A stretch of DNA of 64,000 bases from Terriglobia bacterium (GTDB lineage Bacteria > Acidobacteriota > Terriglobia > Acidiferrales > UBA7541): positions 1,568,001-1,632,000 of the forward strand of contig OY968796.1 in NCBI GenBank assembly GCA_963695545.1. The letters run 5' to 3'. The notes under the pieces were generated by a model, which searched no databases, was not told the DNA's origin, and was given only the letters and a program-made list of their open reading frames with translations. Positions 32,563-46,503 of the stretch are shown here, one piece after another (the first letter of the stretch is position 1; every line of letters starts with the position of its first letter). The position numbers and the translations under genes were made by a program.

Positions 32563-32782
32563 AAGTATTTTGGCCAGCTCTTTTTTCAATTTGGTGCCGG
32601 ACTGCGCGGAGCGCATTGCTTCGGCTTTGAATGATATCTGTCAGAACCCGTAAGGCTTTGAAGAGTCAAGCAACGTCTCGGTCCGTGAGAACCAAGACCC
32701 CCTAGCCGCTCGTGAGAGCGATTCGGGGACTTTGGACAGCTTCCCCTGCACACCTGCACAGGTTCCACTGCCACTTTATTTA

Positions 32783-34321
<1,539 letters not shown>

Positions 34322-34480
34322 ATCCTTTGCCGAAAAATGAAAAACCCCGAATCGCTTCGGGGCCAGACATCTTCCTGCGAACTCTTTAATTGTCGCTCGA
34401 TTTCCTCAAATAGCTTGGCTTACCTTCCGGCAATCCAAGTGTGAACCGAACGGGTTCTGGCACATATCATTCGACCAAAT

Positions 34481-34492
34481 TGTCAAAGAGCG
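34481..34492 (-). promoter_or_regulatory. rRNA antitermination boxA-like element
   Basis: CGCTCTTTGACA in the 16S leader versus consensus TGCTCTTTAACA. Confidence 0.7.
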
Positions 34493-34542
34493 GGCCTCCT
34501 GTCCAGCAGGCAGGCTAACAACTTCTTACAGGCAACCGACTG

Positions 34543-34570
34543 AGTCTAGCAGGTTCTGCGATTAAGTCAA
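34543..34570 (-). promoter_or_regulatory. sigma70 promoter of 16S rRNA
   Basis: TTGACT-N16-TAGACT upstream of boxA. Confidence 0.75.
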
Positions 34571-34606
34571 TCGAATAAGTCGCATCGAAATTGCCTCTCT
34601 TTTTTG

Positions 34607-34720
34607 GTCATCCCGAGCGAGCGCAGCGACGAGGGACCTCTCTGTGCTGTTGCTCTCGGTTTGCCTTCAACGTTGTCACCCCGAACCCGGTCGCCCGCAA
34701 TTGGCGAACGCGGGTGAGGC
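34607..34720. repeat. Two REP-like palindromic units
   Basis: GTCATCCCGAGCGAGCGCAGCGACGAGGGACCT and GTCACCCCGAACCCG...CGGGTGAGG share a GTCA(T/C)CCCGA head and internal hairpins. Confidence 0.55.
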
Positions 34721-34793
34721 TCTGCTTTTTCTTTCTGCCCGTTTTTCGCATCCGCGAAAAATTACCCGCGCTATAATCCCCCCAGAGGAACCC

Positions 34794-35003
34794 ATGAAAT
34801 CCACCGGCGGCAAACCCAAGAAGGACCAACCCAAAATCGCCGTCTCCCGCGATAAGGTTCGCAACGCGCGCGACAATTTTCGCATCGCCGAAAGCAAAAC
34901 CAAGATCAGGGTTCCTCTCGCAGACAGGCGCTCGGATACTCGCGCAAAGCGTCGTCTGTCGAAGGGTGCCTTAAAGCAATTTCAAGACAAACTTAACCGC
35001 TAA
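34794..35003 (+). CDS. Small basic hypothetical protein (69 aa)
   Basis: TATAAT at 34772, GAGG RBS, K/R-rich ORF. Confidence 0.5.
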   Translation: MKSTGGKPKKDQPKIAVSRDKVRNARDNFRIAESKTKIRVPLADRRSDTRAKRRLSKGALKQFQDKLNR

Positions 35004-35030
35004 ATTCTCGGCCGATTGCCAACCCCTCGC

Positions 35031-36401
35031 CTAAAGAGCCCCGTCGATACCGTCGGTAACATCGGGGGTTGTGACGGAATTTGCAGCTGCAGAAGCGGCA
35101 GCCGCGACGCAAGCCGCGTCAATTGTTGTTATCCCCGTATTCACTGCATGCAGAACGACATTGGCAGCGCGCGAGAGTAGCATGCGCGGGTGAACCGTTT
35201 CGCGATCCTCAAGCAAGGCCTCAATCCCGCCTTCCGAAAACGGAGCAATCGTTCCCCTCTCGCTCGAATTGATCCGGTAATAATCCAGATGCGCGATAAT
35301 GATCTGACGGGCCTGGTCCTTGCTCGGGAAAGTCAATTCCACGGAATTTGGCGACGACGGATCGAGCCGGGCGATCGCAGAAAGGCCTGCATCGCCCCAC
35401 GCTTGGGCCAACCCCACTGACGCCTGCTGATGGGTGGTCAATACGCAGGATAAAAAGTTGTATGCAGAATTCGCATAACCGGGGCGCACCGTGCAGAGCG
35501 CGAACTCCTTGGCGAACTCGATTCGGTGTTTGCGGGTCATCTGATCAACCAAGTTCTCAATGTCATCGATAAAGAGATACCCGCCAGCGAAGTCGGCCGC
35601 TCTTAGATAATTGACCAAGTCATTGAATAATAGAGATCTTGAGTAATCAAGGATCTGCGTATCGCGCGGAACATAGAAAGGCTCAAGGGAGCCATCTCGT
35701 CGAAAGGAGCGAAGGTAGTCCTCGAATTTTCCTTGCGCCAAGGGCACGGCGCTGCGAGGTTCGACTCCTGAGGCGATGAGCTTTTCGGTGATGGCATCGT
35801 CGACTTGGGAAGGGTTTATGCCGTTCGACTCCAACACCGAATCGCGAAGCAAGTTTTCAAAATCCTCCGTACCATCGGGACTCACCAGGATCGATTGGCG
35901 TACCTCTGGTTCAAGCTTTTGGAAGCGAAGCGCGGCGCGCGAAGCTTTTAGAACGCCACTCCTGCAGGAATCAACCAGCGCTGACAGCGCAAGTTGTTCC
36001 ATATAACGACGGTCGACCTGTGCGGGAAATGAAACGTACAGCACACATGCAGAAAAATTTCCGCCGAACTCTGTTGCACCCCAATCGTGATTGATCCTAT
36101 GCCGAAAATAGCGAAGAAGCGCTGTCTTTCCTACCCCGCGGCCCGTTTCGCGGTCGCCCTTCGCCCACAGATACGCTAAGCGGGCTCTATTTAGAAAATC
36201 CTCCGGAGAAATCAGCAATCGTTCGAACTTTTCAATTGCTTCCTTGGCGGCTGACTCTGCATAGATGCCCCCATTCTTGCGCGGATCATCGTTGTATGGA
36301 TTGATCACCGGATCCGTCGGAAAAGGCAAGTCCCGCAGCCCGAGTGGCTCGTATCGGGACGAGACCTTAACTTGGCCCGGACGTGGAATGGAAAGCGGCA
36401 T
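35031..36401 (-). CDS. AAA+/P-loop ATPase of unknown family
   Basis: Walker A GRGVGKT, Walker B LFIDDIE, AIARL and HPRMLL (Arg finger and sensor-2-like). Confidence 0.8.
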   Translation of the reverse strand: MPLSIPRPGQVKVSSRYEPLGLRDLPFPTDPVINPYNDDPRKNGGIYAESAAKEAIEKFERLLISPEDFLNRARLAYLWAKGDRETGRGVGKTALLRYFRHRINHDWGATEFGGNFSACVLYVSFPAQVDRRYMEQLALSALVDSCRSGVLKASRAALRFQKLEPEVRQSILVSPDGTEDFENLLRDSVLESNGINPSQVDDAITEKLIASGVEPRSAVPLAQGKFEDYLRSFRRDGSLEPFYVPRDTQILDYSRSLLFNDLVNYLRAADFAGGYLFIDDIENLVDQMTRKHRIEFAKEFALCTVRPGYANSAYNFLSCVLTTHQQASVGLAQAWGDAGLSAIARLDPSSPNSVELTFPSKDQARQIIIAHLDYYRINSSERGTIAPFSEGGIEALLEDRETVHPRMLLSRAANVVLHAVNTGITTIDAACVAAAASAAANSVTTPDVTDGIDGAL

Positions 36402-37492
36402 CAGACCCTCCTTATCAGGTTGAAGACTTGGATTGCGCCCCGATTTCTCACTAACGGCTTTCGCCGCCCAGAAATCCCCTCATAAGTCAGGCCAACCGTA
36501 ACAGGCGAGGGTTGAAGGTCCAAAAGCTCGTTAATACCCTCGTCAAACGCCGCCTCCGGTACCATCAATTTTTCGCAGACGACGTCGCGAACCTGGGGCA
36601 AATCGTAATAGCCTGCCTGTGGGACCTGCTTCGAGAAGGAATCCTCGATGGCGGCGAGGAGCGTTTGTTGCATCCGGGCATCCTTCATGTTTGGTTCAGA
36701 TAGATAAACACTGTATGGCTCGCCGTTTGCCAGATTGACGGCGATCATCGTATACCAGCCGACCGTCGGCGCGTCGGAGCGACAAGGCGAATAGCTCTTG
36801 GCGAATTCGCAATCCTCTACTGTGGCTTTCATGATATTTAGCAAGCGTAGACTCAGTAAGCGGTCGCACATCGAACGAAAGAGCGGAACACTGATTCGGC
36901 TGCCAGGAAACAGACTCCGCAAAATGAGGTCCCGCAGGAGGTTTTCCGTCTTCTTCGGAGTCTCGGCGTTCCCGCTTTGCAGGGCCTCGGCGGCAACGAC
37001 GGCTGCTTCGGAACCGACCGTCGGTTTGACTAAACGCTCGATATAGTCCTTCTGCGTGTACTTCTTCGCGTCCACGACTGGATTCCAGATGCACGCTCCA
37101 TCTAATTGCTTCGCGAACACCTCGCGGAGGTTGTCGTAGGTCTTGAAATGAAGCTCGATCATTTTGTGCCGAAGCTCAAGATGCCTACCCGAATTCAATA
37201 ATTGAAGGGCTTCCTCGCCCGCTTCTGTCAGAGAGTAGCCTTTGCCGTGCGATGCCTTGGCGAGGCCAAGGTGGACGAGTTCCTGACAAACCTTTTCCCC
37301 CACCGACTGGAAGTCTCCCCTTGGAGCGGAAAGCATAAGTCGTAACGCTTTGTCGCTCGCATATTTCAGGACGTTTCGGGATACAGTGCTAAATTGGGCT
37401 TCCCTAGTGGAATCTTTCGGCAAGCTCGCAAGAACCCTGATTCCGATGTAGTGATAACCAACATCCGTCACATTGTAGCTGGAGATATTCAC
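36401..37492 (-). CDS. Hypothetical protein with probable winged-helix domains
   Basis: ELVHLGLA...YSLTEAG and YDLPQVRD.VC..L......FD wHTH-like segments; GTGA overlap upstream, TGATG overlap downstream. Confidence 0.65.
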   Translation of the reverse strand: MNISSYNVTDVGYHYIGIRVLASLPKDSTREAQFSTVSRNVLKYASDKALRLMLSAPRGDFQSVGEKVCQELVHLGLAKASHGKGYSLTEAGEEALQLLNSGRHLELRHKMIELHFKTYDNLREVFAKQLDGACIWNPVVDAKKYTQKDYIERLVKPTVGSEAAVVAAEALQSGNAETPKKTENLLRDLILRSLFPGSRISVPLFRSMCDRLLSLRLLNIMKATVEDCEFAKSYSPCRSDAPTVGWYTMIAVNLANGEPYSVYLSEPNMKDARMQQTLLAAIEDSFSKQVPQAGYYDLPQVRDVVCEKLMVPEAAFDEGINELLDLQPSPVTVGLTYEGISGRRKPLVRNRGAIQVFNLIRRV

Positions 37493-38289
37493 TGTTTTAG
37501 TTCGGCCTTGGTCGATTTGAATTCCCTCAGAAGGCGCAGACACTCGGCATTTGCTTCTCTCAGATCTTGACTCAGCGCCTTCGAATCCATACAACACGCC
37601 GCTTGTACCAGGATCGCGTTATCAGAGAGATATCCGCAGCGACTACTCAGCCAAGTTGCGTCCAGAGCCGTGCTCAGTCGATGGACTGTCGCCCAGAAAT
37701 CATCAAGCTGGCCCTCAAGTCGTTCACCGACTGTCATTCCCAATCGAGTTTCGGCTCCCATTCTTTGCGCCGAATCGACGAGGATCGGAAGAGGCCTTAG
37801 TCCGGGCCCGACCGGGTGTATTCCTAGGCCGAGGCATGCAGCAAGCCCGCTTTCCTCGAATCCTGATACGGAAATGAAAACAGGACAAATATCCTTCAAC
37901 ATCAGCCTCGGGTTTGCTGCGACGTAGTCGAGAATCTTTGCGAAGAAGACGATGACCTCGTTTTTCGTCGGCAGCCCGGATTCCCAATGTTTGAGCTCCA
38001 CGATTGCCGACGCTTCGTCGTGCTGCCCAACCAGATCAATCTCGTGATTTGTCCCTGACGCGGTCAGTAGATCGTCGCCGAGTTGCATCTCTCGTGCCAG
38101 CGATATTCTCCATTCCGGTAATCGGGAGACACAAGTCGCTCGAAAGGCTTCCTCGAAACCCTGGTCAGGTAGGAGCTCTCGGTTCGCGTGAGGCCACACA
38201 TCATTGAGAAATCTATAGCAACATTTCAGGAAATCTACGAGATCGCTGGAAACGATGTTCGCTGTTTTCAAATCCATTTCGGTTGGCAT
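37489..38289 (-). CDS. PD-(D/E)XK restriction-endonuclease-fold protein
   Basis: FEE...HEIDLV.......IVELKHW motif arrangement. Confidence 0.65.
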   Translation of the reverse strand: MPTEMDLKTANIVSSDLVDFLKCCYRFLNDVWPHANRELLPDQGFEEAFRATCVSRLPEWRISLAREMQLGDDLLTASGTNHEIDLVGQHDEASAIVELKHWESGLPTKNEVIVFFAKILDYVAANPRLMLKDICPVFISVSGFEESGLAACLGLGIHPVGPGLRPLPILVDSAQRMGAETRLGMTVGERLEGQLDDFWATVHRLSTALDATWLSSRCGYLSDNAILVQAACCMDSKALSQDLREANAECLRLLREFKSTKAELKQ

Positions 38290-38313
38290 TATCGCACGAA
38301 GATAAGCCCAGTG

Positions 38314-38367
38314 TTTCTATCACCCGGCGGAGAGCTTGCGTAGCGAATCGACGTACGGCGCGCGGGC
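38314..38367 (-). repeat. Duplicate of the mtnA 3' end (direct repeat of 38863-38916)
   Basis: 49/54 nt identical; encodes the same [15 protein letters not shown] peptide. Confidence 0.92.
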
Positions 38368-38402
38368 CAGTTCGCGCTTCGCAACGGTCTGTTTTCGCGA
38401 AC

Positions 38403-38842
38403 CCGCCATTCGAAATAATTTCCACAACCTTTCTCCTCGAATACACGATCAGTAACATTGACGCGCACAATACCACTGTGCTATCCTAAACCATGAATCG
38501 CAGCCGCACAGTCTCGCGCGCCGGATCTCGCCCTGAAGCAGCGGCGCCTTCTTTTCCGTTGGGCGGACCGACCGCGGGCGGAGAAGCCCCACCAGACGGT
38601 GTCCCTACTGCCGCCAGTTGCGACAACGCGTTGCAACTAGGCGACGTTCCCAGATCTGTTGATTATGAAGGACTTACAAGGCAGCTAAGCCTCTTTAGAA
38701 TCAACACTTCCAGGAAATCGCGCAACTTTTTGATCGCATTCATAACAAACGATTTCAAGCCTTCTGGAATCAACACTTACGTGAAAAAAGGCCAGAACCC
38801 CTCTAGAATCAACACTTCCAAAAAACAGGGAGGGGGGGAGGG
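38403..38842 (+). repeat. AT-rich intergenic element, copy B, with three GAATCAACACTT repeats
   Basis: 12-mer at 38698, 38767 and 38806; promoter block shared with 3085-3175; terminal G-run. Confidence 0.65.
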
Positions 38843-38868
38843 CTGCCTGCCGAATCTCGAAATTTCAA

Positions 38869-39912
38869 TCACCCGGCGGAGAGTTTGCGGAGCGAATCGA
38901 CGTAGGGGGCGCGGGCTACGCCGCGCTCGGTGATGATTGCGGCGATCAGGCGCGCGGGGGTCACGTCGAACGCGGGATTGCCGACTTCAACGTCGGGCGC
39001 GACGCGCACGCCGCGAAAGTGGGTGACTTCTTCGGCGGCGCGCTGCTCGATGGGAATGTGTTCGCCCGAGGGAATCGAAAGATCGAGCGTGGAAATTGGT
39101 GCGGCCACATAAAACGGCACGCCGTGCTCGCGCGCCAAGACAGCAATCTGATATGTGCCGATCTTGTTGGCGGTGTCACCGTTGGAGGCGATGCGGTCCG
39201 CGCCGACAACGACGGCTCCGACATCTCCCTTTTTCAAGTAGTGGCCGACCATGTTGTCGGTGATCAGCGTCAGCGGAATTCCGTCTTCGGCCAACTCCCA
39301 GGCCGTCAGTCGCGCGCCCTGCAAGTACGGCCGCGTCTCCGGCACCAGCACGTGCATCTTGCGGCCGCCCTCGACGGCCATGCGAATCACGCCCAGCGCC
39401 GTGCCGATCCCGCCGGTAGCGAGCGCTCCGGCGTTGCACTGCGTCATCACTTGTCCTTCAGCAGGCAGCAGCGCCGCGCCGAATTTTCCGATCGCTTCGT
39501 CGTTGGCCCACTTTTCCAAGTGCACCAGGCGCGCTTCGGCGACCATTTCCCGCTTCAGCGTTTCCAGATCGCCTGCCGCCGCAAGCGTATCGAATCGCTT
39601 CTGCATTCGCTCGATCGCCCAGAACAAATCCACGGCCGTGGGCCGCGTGCGCGCCAGAGTTTCCGAGATCGTCGCCACTTCGCCGCGCAATTCCTCCACG
39701 CTTCTCGCTTTCGAGCGCTCGACCCCCAGCGCGAATCCCATCGCCGCGGCCACGCCGATGGCCGGCGCGCCGCGAATCACCATGTCCGTGATCGCCGCGG
39801 CCACGTCGCGATAGTCGGTATACGTGTTGCGCACCACTTCGCCGGGCAGACGGCGCTGATCCACCATCACCACGCCTTGCGCGGTCCATTCGATCGGCTG
39901 CGTAACCTTCAT
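38869..39912 (-). CDS. mtnA: S-methyl-5-thioribose-1-phosphate isomerase
   Basis: [47 protein letters not shown]. Confidence 0.96.
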   Translation of the reverse strand: MKVTQPIEWTAQGVVMVDQRRLPGEVVRNTYTDYRDVAAAITDMVIRGAPAIGVAAAMGFALGVERSKARSVEELRGEVATISETLARTRPTAVDLFWAIERMQKRFDTLAAAGDLETLKREMVAEARLVHLEKWANDEAIGKFGAALLPAEGQVMTQCNAGALATGGIGTALGVIRMAVEGGRKMHVLVPETRPYLQGARLTAWELAEDGIPLTLITDNMVGHYLKKGDVGAVVVGADRIASNGDTANKIGTYQIAVLAREHGVPFYVAAPISTLDLSIPSGEHIPIEQRAAEEVTHFRGVRVAPDVEVGNPAFDVTPARLIAAIITERGVARAPYVDSLRKLSAG

Positions 39913-39978
39913 ATCGTTCCGAGGCGCAAGATTTGCCCCGCGTACCTTTCATCTCCAGGGTTTTCCATGCCGTCCAGC

Positions 39979-40905
39979 CTAACTCGTGAAATGTCGAAGC
40001 CCGCCGGTAGCCACCACGAAGCCGAGAAACAGCAGGCTGTTGTAGCCGAGATGCACCAGATAACTCGCGGCCACTGTGCGCGTTCGCGCGCGCACCCACG
40101 TCAGCACGATCCCCACGATGATCAGCAGCGCAATCTGCGTCCACCCGCCCCACAATTGCGCCGCGTGCATCATCCCGAACACCAATCCCGTAACCACGAT
40201 GCCCACCGGCACGCCGAATTGCCGCGCCACCAGCGGATAAAGGAAGCCGCGAAAAACGGTCTCTTCGACCAGCGGCGCCACCAGAATCCCCAGCGCCATC
40301 AGCATCACCACGCTGGCGCGGCTGTCGAAAAGTTTTTCGATCGGCAATTCGCCGTTCTGTCCGCCGTATCGCCCGATCACGGAAACCGCCACGGCCATCA
40401 CCGCGCCGCCGGCCGCAAATCGCAGCGCCACTCCGCCTGGGCCCAGCTCGGAGCTCGGAAGCGCGCGCCATCCGATCGTTCGCCAGAATGGCTCCGCGGA
40501 GCGCACGCGCACCACGGCGTAGAGATACAACAGCGCCGCGCCGGACCACAGTCCCTGCCCGATCACCAGCACGATCGGACTCAGCGCGTCGCCGTTCCTA
40601 ATGTTCGGCGCGGCAGTGTGGAATATCGCCATGGCCGCAAGCTCGACCACCCACGTCAGCACCATGCTGCTGAGCACGCCGAACAACAAAAACCAAAGCA
40701 AATCGAGCCAGCCCCACGGCACGCGCAGGTCCGGTGGAAGTTCGCGCAGCGGAACAGCCGGAACACTCGCGTCCGTCGTGCTGGTCGCGAAAACCGCGGC
40801 AGGCGGCGTCTCAAGCCCGGGCTCCGTCCGCAGCTCCGCGCTCGGCTGAGTCGTCGCGGGCTCGGCGGACGGCGGCAGCAGCGGATCTGGATTGGTATAG
40901 TTCAT
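39979..40905 (-). CDS. CPBP (CAAX/Abi) intramembrane protease
   Basis: APLVEETVFRG, FGMMH, HLGYN. Confidence 0.9.
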   Translation of the reverse strand: MNYTNPDPLLPPSAEPATTQPSAELRTEPGLETPPAAVFATSTTDASVPAVPLRELPPDLRVPWGWLDLLWFLLFGVLSSMVLTWVVELAAMAIFHTAAPNIRNGDALSPIVLVIGQGLWSGAALLYLYAVVRVRSAEPFWRTIGWRALPSSELGPGGVALRFAAGGAVMAVAVSVIGRYGGQNGELPIEKLFDSRASVVMLMALGILVAPLVEETVFRGFLYPLVARQFGVPVGIVVTGLVFGMMHAAQLWGGWTQIALLIIVGIVLTWVRARTRTVAASYLVHLGYNSLLFLGFVVATGGLRHFTS

Positions 40906-40944
40906 GCGGATTTTCTGAGGAGCATCAGTGCGGCCCGTGCCCGC

Positions 40945-41925
40945 TCACTTCTCGATCTTCCGATCGTAGTATTGCAACAGATCCTCGAGCGTTTTGCGGA
41001 TCGGGATCGTGGGCTTCCAGCCGGTCAGCTCGCGGCACTTGCGAGTGTCGCAGATTTGCACCGGAATATCGATTGGCCGAACCAGTTTCGGATCCACGGT
41101 AATTTTCACGCGATCCTTCAGGCCGGTCATTTCCAGAAGTTGCTCCACAAGCTGGCCCATGGTGAACGCTTCGTCGCCGCCGACGTTGTATGCCTCGCCG
41201 CCGGCCGCGCGCCGCATCAGCAACGCGTAGGCGCGGCAGGCGTCGCGCACATCCATCACCACGCGCTTGCTCGAAAGCGTGCCCACGCGCAGCACCGGCT
41301 CCTGAAAACCTTTCAGGATGCGCACGATTTGATACACGTCCGACGCGATCGAAAATCGCCGCCCGCGCCGCGGCCCGGTGTGCGAAAACGCGCGCGTCAC
41401 GAAAAACGGCAGCTTTTCGGACGCAGCGCGTTCACGCACATAAAGATCCGCGGCGGCTTTGCTCACGCCGTAGGGATTCACCGGCTCGATCGGAAAGTTT
41501 TCGTCGATCGGACCCTGCGATTCTTTCGGTGCTCCGTAAACCTCGGAGGTCGAGCAGAACATCAGCCGGCACGCCGGCCGATGCACGCGAATGGCTTCGG
41601 CCACATTCACGGTGCCCACCGCGTTCGTCAGAAACGTGCCGCGCGGATCGGCAAAACTTGTCGGCGGATGGCTCTGCGCGGCCAGATGAAACACTCCGTC
41701 GAACGAAACTTCGCGCATCACGTTGGTCAGCGATTCGTAATCGGTCAAATCGCCGAAATGAAAGGTGAGCGTGTCGAATATGCGGTCAGGAACGATGTCG
41801 CGAATATCATCTTCGCGTCCGTTCGAGGTGCGCACGAAGCCGTGCACTTCGTGCTTCTCTTCGACCAGCAAATTGGCCAGGTGCGGCCCGACGAAGCCGG
41901 TGATGCCGGTGATCAAGTAGCGCAT
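40945..41925 (-). CDS. GDP-mannose 4,6-dehydratase/Rmd-like SDR
   Basis: ITGITGFVG, HLAAQS, STSEVYG, YGVSK, HTGPRR. Confidence 0.85.
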   Translation of the reverse strand: MRYLITGITGFVGPHLANLLVEEKHEVHGFVRTSNGREDDIRDIVPDRIFDTLTFHFGDLTDYESLTNVMREVSFDGVFHLAAQSHPPTSFADPRGTFLTNAVGTVNVAEAIRVHRPACRLMFCSTSEVYGAPKESQGPIDENFPIEPVNPYGVSKAAADLYVRERAASEKLPFFVTRAFSHTGPRRGRRFSIASDVYQIVRILKGFQEPVLRVGTLSSKRVVMDVRDACRAYALLMRRAAGGEAYNVGGDEAFTMGQLVEQLLEMTGLKDRVKITVDPKLVRPIDIPVQICDTRKCRELTGWKPTIPIRKTLEDLLQYYDRKIEK

Positions 41926-42202
41926 GTGCGGGTCGAAGACGATCCTTTGAAGCAGCGCGTTCCGCGCGGTCCTTCTAAGCAATGCGTTCGGCGCAGTCCG
42001 GAGCGACGACGATGAGCGAACGCGAAATCGCTAGTGTGCCGAGATTCGCGCGCCGCTGTCAAATGCGCTCGGCCCTCGTGCTTGACGCGGCCGGCGGGCC
42101 TGACTTATTCTCCGCGCCGAGGCGACGCACCAGTCCCGCCTCGATCCCAAGCCGCCCGGCAGCCGCTCGCGCTTTTTCAAGACGATTAATTTTGGAGGGG
42201 GA

Positions 42203-42976
42203 ATGGCGATTGGCGCAACATTAGGGGGCGACTCCAAGGCGCTTCCGGCCAGGCCGGCTCAGGCCGGAGCGAAGCGGGGCTTCGAGCATTTATTTTTCAC
42301 CGGGATGGCGTTGCTGATTTTGGGCGCGGTGTTCGGCGGATTCGCGCGCCAGTATTATCTGGCCGGAGTGTTTCATGCGCCGCTGCCTGACGCGCTGATT
42401 CACATCCATGCCGCGGTATTTTCATGTTGGATTCTTCTGCTCGTCGCTCAGACGTCGCTGGTTTCCGCAGGCCGCGTGGACCTGCATCGCATCCTGGGCA
42501 TCGGGGGTTTTGTACTGGCGTGCGCCATGGTCCTTCTCGGAATTCTGGCGGCCACGGACGGGCTTGCGAGGGGCCATAGTCCGGTTGCCGGTCTCGATCC
42601 CAGGACTTTCTACGCTGTGCCCATGCTGAATATGGTGCTGTTTGCGCCGCTCATCCTATTTGCATACCGCGCGCGGTCGCGTCCAGCGGTGCACAAGCGG
42701 CTGATTCTGATCGCCACAATCGGGCTAACGAATGCTGCATTTGATCGCTGGCCCATACTTCACCACAATCTCGTCGCGGGAATGCTGCTCTCTGACGCAT
42801 TGCTGCTGATGCTGGTGGTGTACGACCTCTGGTCCACGCACACGATTCAACGGGCAACTCTCTGGGGCGGAACATTCTTGATCCTGATGCACCATCTGGC
42901 CCTTCCCATCGGCGGAACAGCCCCATGGCTGGCATTCGCCACGTGGGCGCAGCACGTCGGCCGGTCATTCTTGTAA
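42203..42976 (+). CDS. Hypothetical polytopic membrane protein
   Basis: About 7 TM segments with His motifs (HIHA, LHRILG, HKRL). Confidence 0.75.
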   Translation: MAIGATLGGDSKALPARPAQAGAKRGFEHLFFTGMALLILGAVFGGFARQYYLAGVFHAPLPDALIHIHAAVFSCWILLLVAQTSLVSAGRVDLHRILGIGGFVLACAMVLLGILAATDGLARGHSPVAGLDPRTFYAVPMLNMVLFAPLILFAYRARSRPAVHKRLILIATIGLTNAAFDRWPILHHNLVAGMLLSDALLLMLVVYDLWSTHTIQRATLWGGTFLILMHHLALPIGGTAPWLAFATWAQHVGRSFL

Positions 42977-43034
42977 CGCACTTCGGCCGGCGCAGTGGTC
43001 TTCGAGGATCGACTACGCATGTGGCGCGCCGCGG

Positions 43035-45902
<2,868 letters not shown>

Positions 45903-46210
45903 TCGGGGACACCCATTGAAGCAACGCGCCCCGCGCGGGCCGGTGAAGCAACGCGCTCCGCGCGGACCGGCTCAGCGAGTCCGCCGCACAGTGGGTAGAA
46001 TGAGCCCAGCATAACCTTTGACGTTAACAAGCCGCTCGCACCCGGTCAAGACGCGGTCCGCGGGCGAGGAATGGCGGCAAGAATTTTCCACAGGGCGCGT
46101 CCTAGTACTTCGCACGCGACTCGCAGCGCGACGGTCGGAAGATTTTGCCGGTGCATGGTTTTTTTACCCGCCGCCCGGCCGACAACTCGTGAGTTTGCAG
46201 CGAATTGGTT

Positions 46211-46228
46211 TTGGCGCTTGGCGTGCGT
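46211..46228 (+). promoter_or_regulatory. Possible sigma54 -24/-12 promoter
   Basis: TTGGCGCTTGGCGTGCGT has GG-N10-GC spacing. Confidence 0.4.
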
Positions 46229-46243
46229 ATGTATTCGACCGTA

Positions 46244-46374
46244 GGGAGAAGGCAAGCCGAGGATCCCTTTAGGGGATTGAGGGCTGGGCCGGCCTGTCTT
46301 CTCCCACATCCTCCGCCTCGTCTCACTCCATAGTCCCTACCACCCCAAAGCACGGCACCCAAACGAGGCGGAGG
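46244..46374. ncRNA. Candidate structured RNA with two large stem-loops
   Basis: 46244-46259 pairs with 46290-46305 (inner hairpin 46262-46278); 46310-46321 pairs perfectly with 46363-46374. Confidence 0.5.
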
Positions 46375-46503
46375 TGCGCCTGAACGGTGCCGAACGATTC
46401 CAGACCGTCGAGTCGCGTGTCGCGGGCCGCGGCGAAGAAGAGGAGAACAAAAAATCGGGCGGAACGGTTTGGGTTTCGCGATAGTCTAAGTGAGCGTAAG
46501 GCG

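Noticed and set aside
34700..35030. Third mtnA-end copy marking the island's left boundary
   Set aside because: Looked for but no convincing match found
38690..38820. CRISPR array
   Set aside because: Repeat is only 12 nt, spacing is irregular and no cas genes are present
39019..42015. 998-aa plus-strand ORF
   Set aside because: Antisense shadow of mtnA, CPBP and the dehydratase gene; no recognisable motifs
46081..46093. DnaA box or replication origin
   Set aside because: Single TTTTCCACA with no box cluster or dnaA nearby
45903..46100. LexA box upstream of uvrA
   Set aside because: No clear GTTC-N7-GTTC or other known SOS box found by eye
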